Below, one piece after another: positions 1 to 8,765 of a stretch of DNA of 64,000 nucleotides; position 1 is the stretch's first letter; each line of letters starts with the position of its first letter. Source of the stretch: Spirochaetia bacterium (lineage in GTDB: Bacteria; Spirochaetota; Spirochaetia; SZUA-6; Bin103); NCBI GenBank assembly GCA_965208575.1, contig CBDBOV010000002.1:742450-806449 (forward strand). The letters are read 5' to 3'. A program made the translations under genes and the position numbers. The notes under the pieces were generated by a model. That model was not told where the DNA came from, did no database searches, and worked only from the letters and a program-made list of their open reading frames with translations.

Positions 1-841
1 CGTCCAGCACCCGGCCCAGCCAGCGGTCGGCCAGCACCACCTTGCCGGCGTAGCGCGCCTGGAAGCTGAGCAGCGCGTCCTCGTCCATGTGGTCGCCCCA
101 CCTGGCGTAGGGCGGGTGACTCGACCAGGAGTCGGTGTAGTAGCCGCGCGGATCGAACTGGCGCAGGATCTCTTCGGGCGGATCCCACGGTTCGTGCGGA
201 TCGAATTCGTCGATCTGCAGGTAGAAGCCGCGGTGGCCGGCGTTGCGGCGCAGCCACGCGGCCGCGGTGCTGAACGTGCGCGCCACCGGCATGTCCTGCT
301 CGCGGCCCCCGAAGCGGTGCTTGTTGCGCCAGTAGCGCTCCAGCTTGGAGGGCAGGTCGGGCGGCGGGCAGTAGAACGGGTCGCTGGTGGTGGCCCACGG
401 ATCCTCCTGCTGGCCGCGGATGAATTCGAAGCCGCTGAACCCGAAGTGGTAGTTGCCGGAGCCGGCGCACCACATGTTCTTGTGATCGGAGATGAAGTAG
501 CTCACCACGTCGTCCGCGCCGTAGGAGGTGATCGGCGTGGTGTGCGGCGGCGACAGCAGGCTCGGCAGGTCGAGGTCGCCCTCCTCCAGCGGCCCCCAGC
601 CGCGCTCCGGGAACTCGTAGCGGCCGGTGAACACGTCGCGCCGCGCCGGCATGCACGGCGTGCTGCCCGCGTAGGCGCGCTCGAACACCGTGCCGCGCGC
701 CGCCAGCCGGTCCAGGTTGGGCGTCGGCACCACCCAGCCCGGCTGCTCCGGCGAATCGACCTCGTTGAGCGGCCTGCCCTTGTGATACGGCCCACAATGG
801 TCGCGGCGCAGGGTGTCGCACAGGATATGGATCACGTTCAT
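1..841 (-). CDS. Cys-type sulfatase (5' part; runs off window start)
   Basis: Manual translation from ATG at 841: MNVIHILCDTLRRDH...TPNLDRLAARGTVFERAYAGSTPCMPARRDVFTGR, with the CxPxR sulfatase signature. Not in the ORF track because there is no stop in the window. Confidence 0.92.
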   Translation of the reverse strand, partial: MNVIHILCDTLRRDHCGPYHKGRPLNEVDSPEQPGWVVPTPNLDRLAARGTVFERAYAGSTPCMPARRDVFTGRYEFPERGWGPLEEGDLDLPSLLSPPHTTPITSYGADDVVSYFISDHKNMWCAGSGNYHFGFSGFEFIRGQQEDPWATTSDPFYCPPPDLPSKLERYWRNKHRFGGREQDMPVARTFSTAAAWLRRNAGHRGFYLQIDEFDPHEPWDPPEEILRQFDPRGYYTDSWSSHPPYARWGDHMDEDALLSFQARYAGKVVLADRWLGRVLD

Positions 842-849
842 GGCCGCGC
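806..849. repeat. Degenerate direct repeat, copy 1 (sulfatase start region); copy 2 at 1391-1432
   Basis: gcgcagggtgtcgcacaggatatggatcacgttcatggccgcgc vs gcgcaggg--tcgctcaggatgcggatcacgttcatggccgcgc. Confidence 0.85.
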
Positions 850-905
850 AGTATAGCCTGTCCTAACGAGCCGGGCGGCGGGCGATGCCTGGGTATCCGG
901 CGACA

Positions 906-975
906 TCATGCCTCCGGCGCAGGGACCGGCTCGGGCATGATGAACTCCCAGGGGTTCACCAACGAGCAGGATCAC
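906..975 (-). pseudogene. VapC/FitB PIN toxin remnant (almost whole gene deleted)
   Basis: GTG overlapping the antitoxin stop reads VILL and joins, out of frame, LVNPWEF...stop. These are the canonical first and last motifs of FitB-type VapC. Confidence 0.65.
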
Positions 976-1214
976 AGATCGACCGGTCTCTGCTTCTGGT
1001 CGTGCTCCCGGATATACGGCTCGATATCTTCGCCCGGCTCGACCACCGCCATCAGATTGTACGGATACGGGGGAGTGGACTCGATCGGTTCATGTGCCGC
1101 CTGGTCGAGGATCGATCGGACGAGCGCTTCGAGGCTGCAGCCGCTTCGCTCAGCACGTTTGCGGAGCCGCTCCTTCGATTCGTCCGACAGTCGGCGAATG
1201 GTGATGCTTGCCAT
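972..1214 (-). CDS. FitA-like ribbon-helix-helix antitoxin
   Basis: MASITIRRLSDESKERLRKRAERSGCSLEALVRSIL matches the FitA/StbC RHH pattern; GGAGG RBS upstream of ATG 1214. Confidence 0.85.
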   Translation of the reverse strand: MASITIRRLSDESKERLRKRAERSGCSLEALVRSILDQAAHEPIESTPPYPYNLMAVVEPGEDIEPYIREHDQKQRPVDL

Positions 1215-1237
1215 GCAACCTCCAGAAACCGCGAACA

Positions 1238-1253
1238 TGATTGCATGCAATCA
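1238..1253. promoter_or_regulatory. Perfect 16-bp palindrome, probable antitoxin operator
   Basis: TGATTGCA-TGCAATCA just upstream of the RHH antitoxin; half-site resembles the FitAB TGATAGCA half-site. Confidence 0.65.
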
Positions 1254-1390
1254 CCTGCTCCCCGCAAGCTCCCGAAGTCTGCCGCCGAAGCGCGCCGCTG
1301 CCACGTCGGCGCAGGTTTTCACCTGCTGCGACGGTCGCGGCGTACCCAGGTCAGCGGTTGTCCCGACAGCGGAGCCGCCAGGACGCCGCC

Positions 1391-1432
1391 GCGCAGGGTC
1401 GCTCAGGATGCGGATCACGTTCATGGCCGCGC
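1391..1432. repeat. Degenerate direct repeat, copy 2 (decayed duplicate of sulfatase start)
   Basis: Encodes MNVIRILSD vs MNVIHILCD of the intact sulfatase. Confidence 0.85.
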
Positions 1433-1464
1433 CCCCGGTCACGACGGCCCGGACTTCGGTCTGG

Positions 1465-1785
1465 TCAGGCGCGCACGGGCTTGCCCGCCTTCCTCCTTGA
1501 CGCAAGCCAGCCACGAAGCGAGCCGGGACTCTCACCAGACGGTCTGCCGGCGATGAGATCGGGCACGCTCAGATCCTCGTCCAGATCGGGCCAGTGCAGT
1601 GCGACCCCATCGCCGAAGATTTCCACCTGTTCCCACTCCCGCGGAGTGCCGTGCCACAATCGGGGAAACCATATGAGCGGAACGACCATAGTACGGCCGT
1701 CGACCAGGTCGATCGTGAGTGACTCCTCGTCGACCCGGACACCGGTGGCGCGAGCCTCGCGGACCTCAGCGACCGAAGAACTCAT
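1465..1785 (-). CDS. DUF2442 domain protein (putative antitoxin)
   Basis: LTIDLVDGRTMVVPLIWFPRLWHGT...LHWPDLDEDLSV is the DUF2442 signature. Confidence 0.88.
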   Translation of the reverse strand: MSSSVAEVREARATGVRVDEESLTIDLVDGRTMVVPLIWFPRLWHGTPREWEQVEIFGDGVALHWPDLDEDLSVPDLIAGRPSGESPGSLRGWLASRRKAGKPVRA

Positions 1786-2002
1786 CCCACCGCTCCAGGA
1801 AGCCTCGCGATGCCGTGCCACGATCGCCGCAATCTGGTTCAACTCCGTACGGCTGTAGCGACCGGAATCGGCAAGCGAGACGGGATCGAGCCAGAACTTC
1901 GCCAGCTTGCTCTCGGTTCTCACGTGGACATGAGGTTGGCTCGCCGCGATCGTGCGACGTGAAGAAGAAGCGATACGGCCCATCTCGAAGAACAGTCGGC
2001 AC
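1766..2002 (-). pseudogene. DUF4160 putative toxin with two compensating frameshifts
   Basis: MPTVLRDGPYRFFFTSHDRGEP, then PHVHV..AKFWLDPV in another frame, then FLERWDEFFG back in the first frame. Confidence 0.8.
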
Positions 2003-2109
2003 TTGCCATCCACACTGATCCCGAGGCTAACGGAGGATCGAGCGGAAAGCAACTCTCGTTCCGGTGCCGGGAGCGCAGGACGCGGTCAGCAGTGTAAGCT
2101 GCTGCGGTC

Positions 2110-3042
2110 ATGGCACAGGAAGAACAGGCGCCCGCGACCGTCGGCAAACGAGGCCTCCGGCTGCCGCGGATCGGGCTGGGCACCGGGCTGCACGGCGAGG
2201 TGCCGGAGGCGCAGTCGGTGGCAACCATCGAGCACGCCCTGGCGTGCGGCGTGCGCTTCTTCGATACCGCGCCGCTGTACGGCAATGGGCTGTCCGAGGA
2301 GCGGCTCGGTATCGCCCTGCGCGGCGTGCCGCGCGACAGTTACGTCCTGAACACCAAGGTGGGCATCCTGTCCGGCGGCGTGACCGGCGGCTTCGACTAC
2401 GACTTCAGCGCCGCCGGGGTCGAGCGCTGCTTCGAGCGCAGCCTGAGCCGCCTCGGCATCGAGCGCATCGACGTCCTGCACCTGCACGAGCCGGAGGGGT
2501 ACGCCGAGCAGGTGCTGAGCGAGACCCTGCCGCTGGTGGCCGGCTGGCGCGAGCAGGGCGTGATCCGCGCGGTCAGTGCCGGGGTCAACCACTGGGGCAT
2601 GGTGGAGCCGTTCGTCGACCACCTCGACTGCGTGTTGCTGGCCGGGCGCTACACGTTGCTGGAGCAGACCGCGCTGCCGTTCCTGGAGCGGCAGAGGCAG
2701 GCGGGACGGCCGGTGATGGGCGCCGGCATCTTCAACAGCGGCATCCTGGCCACCGGCCCGCGCGACGGCGCGCGCTACAACTACACCCCCGCGCCGCCGC
2801 CGCTGCTGGAGCGCGCCCGCCGGCTGCACGAGGCATGCGCCCGGTACGGCGTGGAGCTGGCCCACGCCGCAGTGCAGTTCGTGGCCGCCCAACCGGCAAT
2901 CGCCGCCCTGATCTTCGGCGCCTGCAGCCCCGCCGAGCTGGACCGGGCGCTCGCCGGCACCCGCGCCGCCACCCCGCCGGCCCTGTGGGCCGAACTGCGC
3001 ACCGCCGGCCTGCTCGATGCCTGCGCGCCCGTTCCCGTGTAG
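2110..3042 (+). CDS. Aldo/keto reductase (D-threo-aldose 1-dehydrogenase-like)
   Basis: FDTAPLYGNGLSEERLG, TKVG, SLSRLGIERIDVLHLHEP motifs. Confidence 0.92.
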   Translation: MAQEEQAPATVGKRGLRLPRIGLGTGLHGEVPEAQSVATIEHALACGVRFFDTAPLYGNGLSEERLGIALRGVPRDSYVLNTKVGILSGGVTGGFDYDFSAAGVERCFERSLSRLGIERIDVLHLHEPEGYAEQVLSETLPLVAGWREQGVIRAVSAGVNHWGMVEPFVDHLDCVLLAGRYTLLEQTALPFLERQRQAGRPVMGAGIFNSGILATGPRDGARYNYTPAPPPLLERARRLHEACARYGVELAHAAVQFVAAQPAIAALIFGACSPAELDRALAGTRAATPPALWAELRTAGLLDACAPVPV

Positions 3043-3177
3043 CAGAAGCCAGCTTGCCACGCCCGGGCACCCAGCGCGGCGGCATCCGCCGGCATCCGCA
3101 CCAAGTCGCTGGCGGCGGATGCGGGGAGTGCTATAATGTTCCGGTGTCAGCAGGGGCACTCCGGGACAGGGAAGGCG

Positions 3178-3597
3178 GTGGCAATCGATACAAGGACCGC
3201 GGCTGCTGGCCGGCACTCTCGGGTCAGCGACTTCGACTATGGAGCGGCACGGCAGTTCTTGCGCCGAAAGGAGGAGATGCGGCGCGCGGCGCTCCGCGCG
3301 CGATTGCACTCCGCGCGCCGCGACTTCGACCGCATCGTGAACATGATAGTCGAACGGTACCATCCGGCGAGGATCTACCAGTGGGGCTCGCTCCTGGATC
3401 CGCGCACCTTTGCGGAGTGGTCCGACATCGACATGGCGGTCGAGGGCATCGCCTCCGCCGAGCAGTTCCTGGCGCTCCATCGGGAGGCGTGCGAACTGAC
3501 CAGTTTCGAAGTGGACCTGGTCCAGATCGAGCAGGCGTATCCCGCCTACGCCGCGTCCATCCGCGAGCGTGGACGCCTGATCTATGAGCGCACCTGA
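3178..3597 (+). CDS. MNT (minimal nucleotidyltransferase) antitoxin
   Basis: IYQWGS...WSDIDMAVEG...VDLV motif (GS-DxD-D); overlaps the HEPN gene. Start uncertain (3136, 3178 or 3277). Confidence 0.85.
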   Translation: MAIDTRTAAAGRHSRVSDFDYGAARQFLRRKEEMRRAALRARLHSARRDFDRIVNMIVERYHPARIYQWGSLLDPRTFAEWSDIDMAVEGIASAEQFLALHREACELTSFEVDLVQIEQAYPAYAASIRERGRLIYERT

Positions 3598-4093
3598 GTC
3601 GATAGCAGTCCTGCGTGGTCACCTAGCGCAGACGCGAGAGATTCTGGCGGACATCGATACCTACTATCGCGATTTCCGTGGCCGCGAGTTGCCTGCCCTC
3701 GGACGCGGCCGGACCAGCGCCATCGTCGTAGCCGAGGTATTCGACGATACCTACACCGCTCTCGAGTCGCTGTTCCTCAGGGTGTCGCAGTTCTTCGAGA
3801 ACCGTCTGACCCCCGACCGCTGGTACAGTGATCTGCTGGAGAAGATGACGCTCGAGGTCCCCGGCATCCGCCGCCGGTTGATTGCCCGGCAAACGTATCA
3901 GCACCTGGCCGAACTGATGCGATTCCGTCACTTCAAACGCCACTGTGTGGCGCAACGCCTCTACGTGGAGCAGCAGTACGACTGGGATCGCATCGACTTC
4001 CTGGCACAAACCTACGACAAGGCGAAACCGCTGGTCGCTCGCGACCTCGACCGCTTCGATCAGTTCCTCGTGCGCCTGACCCAAGACTCGTGA
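3584..4093 (+). CDS. HEPN (HepT-like) ribonuclease toxin, with 18-bp in-frame insertion at the RxxxxH region
   Basis: YTALESLFLRVSQFFEN, LLEKMTLEVPGIR, LMRFRHFKR; paired with the MNT gene. Confidence 0.82.
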   Translation: MSAPESIAVLRGHLAQTREILADIDTYYRDFRGRELPALGRGRTSAIVVAEVFDDTYTALESLFLRVSQFFENRLTPDRWYSDLLEKMTLEVPGIRRRLIARQTYQHLAELMRFRHFKRHCVAQRLYVEQQYDWDRIDFLAQTYDKAKPLVARDLDRFDQFLVRLTQDS

Positions 4094-4178
4094 CCCGCCA
4101 GCGGCCTTGCGCCGAACCCGATATCGACCACCCCCGCTCCGTTCGCGCCTGAATCAGGCAGCTCGCCGGGGAGCGAGT

Positions 4179-5729
4179 TCAGAGGTAGTTGAGGGTGGCC
4201 AGCTCGGTGACGCGGCGCGGGTTGAACTTGCCGTCGCGGTTGACCGGGTTGTGGTAGCGCCGGGCGCGCTGTTCGGTCGGCGTGTCGGGCAGCCGCAGCA
4301 CCGTGGCGGGGCGGGTGGTGGTGACCAGCCAGTCGATCAGCTCGGTGCGCATCTCCTCCACGGTGTCGCGGTAGCGCGGCAGCAGGGCCAGGTTGTCCTG
4401 CTCCCAGGGGTCGGTCTCCAGGTCGTACAGTTCCGCGAAGCCGCGCTGCTCCCATTCGGCGCCGAAGCGGGCGAACATTCCCACCGGGTAGTGCACGTAG
4501 CGGTAACCGCCCTTGCGCACGCTCTTGCTGAACGCGAACTCGGTCACCGCGATGCGCCGCACGGCGCCGGTCTCGCCACGCAGCAGGTGGGAGATGTCGT
4601 GGCCGTCGCCGGTCTCCATCGGCTCAATGCCGGCCAGCGCGCACGCGGTGGCGGCGAAGTCGACGCTCTCCACCAGCTCGTCGGCCACCCGGCCGGCCGG
4701 GAAGCGGCTCGGCCAGCGCCAGATGAACGGCACCCGGGTGATGGCGTCGGAGCAGATCCCCGGCGCCTTCTCCATGATCCCGAACTCGGCCGCGTAGTCG
4801 CCGTGGTCCGACGAGTACACGACGATGGTGTCGCCGGCCAGGCCGGCGTCGTCCAGGAACTGCAGGAACTCGCCCACCGCGTGGTCGACGTGGCTCACGT
4901 TGCCCAGGTAGCCGTGCAGCTTGCGCAGGCGGCCCGCCGCGTAGGTGCGCGGCTCGAACAGCGGCCAATCGCCGGCGCGCCAGCGCTCGACCGTGGCCCG
5001 GAAGTGCGGCGCCTTGCCGTGCAGGTCGTGGTCGGCGTTGGGCGGCAGGGTGAGGGAGTCCTCGTCGTACCGGTCCCAGAACGGCTGCGCCGGCGTGTAG
5101 CACTGGTGCGGCTTGGGGAAGTTGGCCTGCAGGAAGAACGGCTGCCCCGCCTCCGCGCAGCGGCGCATGAAGTCGATGCCGGCACGCGTCAGGTAGCCCT
5201 CCTGGCCATCCTCATAACTCACCTTGCTCGGGCGCGCGTCGCAGGTCTGGCGGCCGGCGGCGCCGAACTCCTGCATCGCGCCGTGGTCCTCCAGTTCGGT
5301 CAGGCCGCGCTCGGCCAGGTAGTCGGCGTACGCCGCCGAGCGTCCGCCGATGCTTGAGCCGCAGGTCTCCAGGAAGAAGTCCACGTCGTCCTCCACCCAG
5401 TACTCCGGGCAGTGGATCTTGCCGACCGCGCCGGTGCGGTAGCCGTGCCGGCGCAGGTGGCCGAACAGCGTCGGCAGGCCGCCCGGGTTGGGCCCGCTCA
5501 GGCCGTAGTAGCCGTGGTTGTGGCAGTACTCACCCGACAGCCAGCAGGTGCGGCTCGGCGTGCAGATCGGGTTCTGGGTGATGGCGTTGTCGAAGCGCAC
5601 GCCCCCGGCGGCGAGCCGGTCGAGGTGCGGCGTGTGCACATCGGGGTGCCCCTTGTGGCCGAGCACCTTGGCGTGGTGCTGGTCCGAAAACAGCAGCAGA
5701 ATGTTGGGCCGGCTACTCATGAGCGCCAT
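4179..5729 (-). CDS. Cys-type sulfatase
   Basis: RPNILLLFSDQH, CTPSR, GKIH, SDHG, ELYDLETDPWE; GGAGA RBS before 5729. Confidence 0.93.
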   Translation of the reverse strand: MALMSSRPNILLLFSDQHHAKVLGHKGHPDVHTPHLDRLAAGGVRFDNAITQNPICTPSRTCWLSGEYCHNHGYYGLSGPNPGGLPTLFGHLRRHGYRTGAVGKIHCPEYWVEDDVDFFLETCGSSIGGRSAAYADYLAERGLTELEDHGAMQEFGAAGRQTCDARPSKVSYEDGQEGYLTRAGIDFMRRCAEAGQPFFLQANFPKPHQCYTPAQPFWDRYDEDSLTLPPNADHDLHGKAPHFRATVERWRAGDWPLFEPRTYAAGRLRKLHGYLGNVSHVDHAVGEFLQFLDDAGLAGDTIVVYSSDHGDYAAEFGIMEKAPGICSDAITRVPFIWRWPSRFPAGRVADELVESVDFAATACALAGIEPMETGDGHDISHLLRGETGAVRRIAVTEFAFSKSVRKGGYRYVHYPVGMFARFGAEWEQRGFAELYDLETDPWEQDNLALLPRYRDTVEEMRTELIDWLVTTTRPATVLRLPDTPTEQRARRYHNPVNRDGKFNPRRVTELATLNYL

Positions 5730-6197
5730 GGTGCCATCTCCAGCCGCTAGCGGGAACCGCAGCCGCCCGCATTGGGGGTCGACGTGGCTGCTACACCCGT
5801 GGTCGCGGCGCCACACCTCCGCTTCACGGCCGCCCGGAGGTACCGTGACCAGGGAGCGCGGCACTGCGCCGAAGCAACTCGACGCGGCAAGGGGACCGCT
5901 CCACCGCTGGCGAACGCTCTGCCAGCGCCGCGGCGCCATGCCCGGCGGCGTACGCAAGCCTCTTCGGCGCCGAAGTCGGGAACCGGCGGCCGCCCCGCAT
6001 CGGTTCCCTGACGCGCGTCCGGGTTCGCCCTGGGATTGGCACTTCGCTGGCGAAGTGGTGCGCCCGCCGCTGCTCGGTGGCGCCGCCGGCGACGCGCTGC
6101 CGTGCTCGGCGCCTGGTGCTCCGTGCCCGAGTGGCGCTTCGCCGGAGCTTCGCCGGCCGGCGAGACCTGCCAGTTGCAGCAGTCAGGGATCACCACC

Positions 6198-8519
6198 ATG
6201 ATGCGTGGGCAGAGGATGAACGCCGCCGCCCCTTTCGGTTCTGCCGCCGCGCTGTGGCACCTGGCCGACCGCCGATCGGCGCGCGGAACGGGCGAGTTGC
6301 TGGTCCACGGTGCGGTAACGCTCGGCGTGGAGCTGTCGCCGGGCGACGCGGATGCTTCGCGAAGGCGCGGGGGCGATGGGCGCGCCGCCTGCTTTGCCGG
6401 CGGCTACCTGGAGATTCCGCTGGCCGGGCTGGCCAGCCTTACCGGCGCCGGGATGAGCCTGTGCATGCGGCTGTGCGACCGTGACGGCACCTGGCAGGCG
6501 CCTCTGTTCGGCAGTTACGGCGCCGACGATACGGTGAGTTTCTTCCTGGAGGGGACCGACGGCGCCGCCAAGCCGTTTACCATCCGGCACGGGGAGAACG
6601 CGCACCACACCCCCTACCGTGACCTGTTCGGTACGCCCGGCGGGCCGCGCGCGGTGAGCGGCAGCACGGCGCTGCTGGAGTTCACCTGGGGAACCACGCC
6701 GCACGCCGGCATCGTGGCCGCGCTGCAGGAGCGTGGCTGCGGCGAGCCGCTCCTGGGTGAAGCGCGCAACGGCATCATGAAGGTCAACGTGCCGGTGGCG
6801 CATGTCGGGGCGCACGGCTGGCGCGACGTCGTGGTGCGCTTCACCGGCCCCAAGCTGGAGCTGTTCGTCGACGGTGTACTGGTGGACGAGGAGTTTCCGG
6901 TCGGCACCACCCGCCCGAGCACCGCCCCACTGCTGATCGGCGCCGCGGCCGCGGCGGACGGAATCCGCGCCGGCTTCCACGGTCTGGTGGACCACGTCGC
7001 GTTGTGGGACCGCGCCCTCTCCGACGCCGAGATCACCGTGCTGAGCGGCGGTGCAAGCGAGGTGGCGCGCCGCCGCGGCGAGATACGCGGCAGCGCCGGC
7101 GAACGGCTCCAGTACTGGCGCCCGCCCGGTCACAACGCCCGCGCCGGCGACTGCATGCCGTTCTTCGACGGCGAGACGTTCCACCTGTACTACCTGGTGG
7201 TGCGGCGCAACCACCACGGCAAGTGGCAGAGCGGCCACGGCGGCCTGCAGATCTGGCACGCGTCCACCCGCGACCTGCGCCGCTGGCGGCAGCATCCGAT
7301 CGCCGTGCCGATCTCCGAGCAATGGCAAAGCTGGTGGGGCACCGGTTCGTTCGCGCTCCACGAGGGCACCTGGTTCACCTACCAGAAGGGCCCGAGCCTG
7401 CTCCCCGAGCGGCCGTGCGGCGGGATACAGCTCGCCACCAGCAGCGACGGTATCCACTTCACCGCGCAGCCGCCGCACCCGGCGCTGCCCGGCTACGACT
7501 GCGACATATTTCACGAGACGGCCACCGGCACGTACCACCTGCTCACCACCGACGACCGCGCCGGCCGCGCGGTGGCCGTGGTGCGCTGGACCTCGCGCGA
7601 CCTGCGAAACTGGACCCGCGTCGCCGAACCGGTGCTGGAGACCGTCCGCGACCAGTTCAACATCGACATCTGCCCGCACCTGTTCGAGTGGAACGGCTGG
7701 TACTACCTGTTCGCCGGCTTCGACGCACGCGGCGGGGTGTGGATGTCGCGGCAGCCGTTCGGGCCGTGGCGGCAGCACCGCCCGGTACGGCTGGACATAC
7801 CCACGGTGCCGAAGACCGCGCCGTTTCCGCCAGGACGCCGTATCAGTGCCGGCTTCCTGGCCGACCGCGGCTGGGGCGGCAACGTCGTGTTCCGGGAACT
7901 GATCCAGCACCGCGACGGGACCCTCGGTACCCGCTTCCCGCCGGAGATGGCGCCAGCAGCCGGACCACCCGCAGAACTGCACTACCGGCCGCTTACCAGC
8001 GGTGCGCTTACCAGCGGTGCGCTCACCGGCGGCGCGTCCGGCGGCAGCTCCGCCGTTACGCTGCGCGCGGCGGCCGGCGCCCAGGCCGCGATCCACGCCG
8101 GCACGCCGGCCAACGCGCGGCTGCGGTTCACGGTGGCTCCGGACCCCTCGACGCTCGGCCCGTCCAGCAGCTTCGGCGTGGCGTTGCGCTGTGGTGGCCG
8201 CGGCCCGGCACCGCTTGCGGCGCGTGCCGGAGTGCTGGCCTTCCACCCGCAAGCCGGGACCGTGACGCTCAGCACCACCCACGCGCAGCCCGACGGCACG
8301 GTTTCCGAGGCGGTGATCACCGACGTGGCCGGCCTCGACCGCCCGATTGCCGTCGAGATGATCACCAGCGGCGACATCGTCGACGTCTGCATCGACGGCC
8401 GGCGCACCATCATCGGACGCCACTGGAACCCTTCCGGCGACCGGCTGACTTGGTTCGCCAATCACGCCACGGTGGCGTTCACCGGCATCGAAGCAGCGCC
8501 CTTGCACGCGCCGCGGTGA
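6198..8519 (+). CDS. LamG-like domain + GH32-like beta-propeller and beta-sandwich glycoside hydrolase
   Basis: FHGLVDHVALWDRALSDAEI (LamG); GDCMPFFDGETFHLYY, HASTRDLRRW, WGTGS, CPHLFEWNGWYYL, RELIQHRDGTLG (GH32-like). Start approximate. Confidence 0.78.
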   Translation: MMRGQRMNAAAPFGSAAALWHLADRRSARGTGELLVHGAVTLGVELSPGDADASRRRGGDGRAACFAGGYLEIPLAGLASLTGAGMSLCMRLCDRDGTWQAPLFGSYGADDTVSFFLEGTDGAAKPFTIRHGENAHHTPYRDLFGTPGGPRAVSGSTALLEFTWGTTPHAGIVAALQERGCGEPLLGEARNGIMKVNVPVAHVGAHGWRDVVVRFTGPKLELFVDGVLVDEEFPVGTTRPSTAPLLIGAAAAADGIRAGFHGLVDHVALWDRALSDAEITVLSGGASEVARRRGEIRGSAGERLQYWRPPGHNARAGDCMPFFDGETFHLYYLVVRRNHHGKWQSGHGGLQIWHASTRDLRRWRQHPIAVPISEQWQSWWGTGSFALHEGTWFTYQKGPSLLPERPCGGIQLATSSDGIHFTAQPPHPALPGYDCDIFHETATGTYHLLTTDDRAGRAVAVVRWTSRDLRNWTRVAEPVLETVRDQFNIDICPHLFEWNGWYYLFAGFDARGGVWMSRQPFGPWRQHRPVRLDIPTVPKTAPFPPGRRISAGFLADRGWGGNVVFRELIQHRDGTLGTRFPPEMAPAAGPPAELHYRPLTSGALTSGALTGGASGGSSAVTLRAAAGAQAAIHAGTPANARLRFTVAPDPSTLGPSSSFGVALRCGGRGPAPLAARAGVLAFHPQAGTVTLSTTHAQPDGTVSEAVITDVAGLDRPIAVEMITSGDIVDVCIDGRRTIIGRHWNPSGDRLTWFANHATVAFTGIEAAPLHAPR
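7996..8040 (+). repeat. 15-bp in-frame tandem repeat (TSGAL TSGAL TGGAS)
   Basis: accagcggtgcgctt accagcggtgcgctc accggcggcgcgtcc. Confidence 0.7.
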
Positions 8520-8765
8520 CACCGAAATCTCGGACCTACGAGATGGTGCGGGAGCGGTGTAAGGTGCGGTAAGTGGCGCCGGGCACAGGCAGCGGTCACG
8601 CCGGGCAGCGTCACTGCGGCAGTCGCCTCGATGCCGGCCATGGCAACCAATGCCCAGGATCATGCCCGGCCCGCCACCGTGGCTGGACGATGACGTAGTT
8701 CGGAGACGACGGCACACCGCTGCCCGGCAACACCTATGCCGGCAAGGCCGGCAAGCGAGTCCGTT

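Noticed and set aside
89-856. 255-aa plus-strand ORF
   Set aside because: Shadow of the minus-strand sulfatase.
1465-2052. 195-aa ORF as a natural DUF4160-DUF2442 fusion
   Set aside because: Produced by the frameshifts in DUF4160; DUF2442 has its own ATG at 1785.
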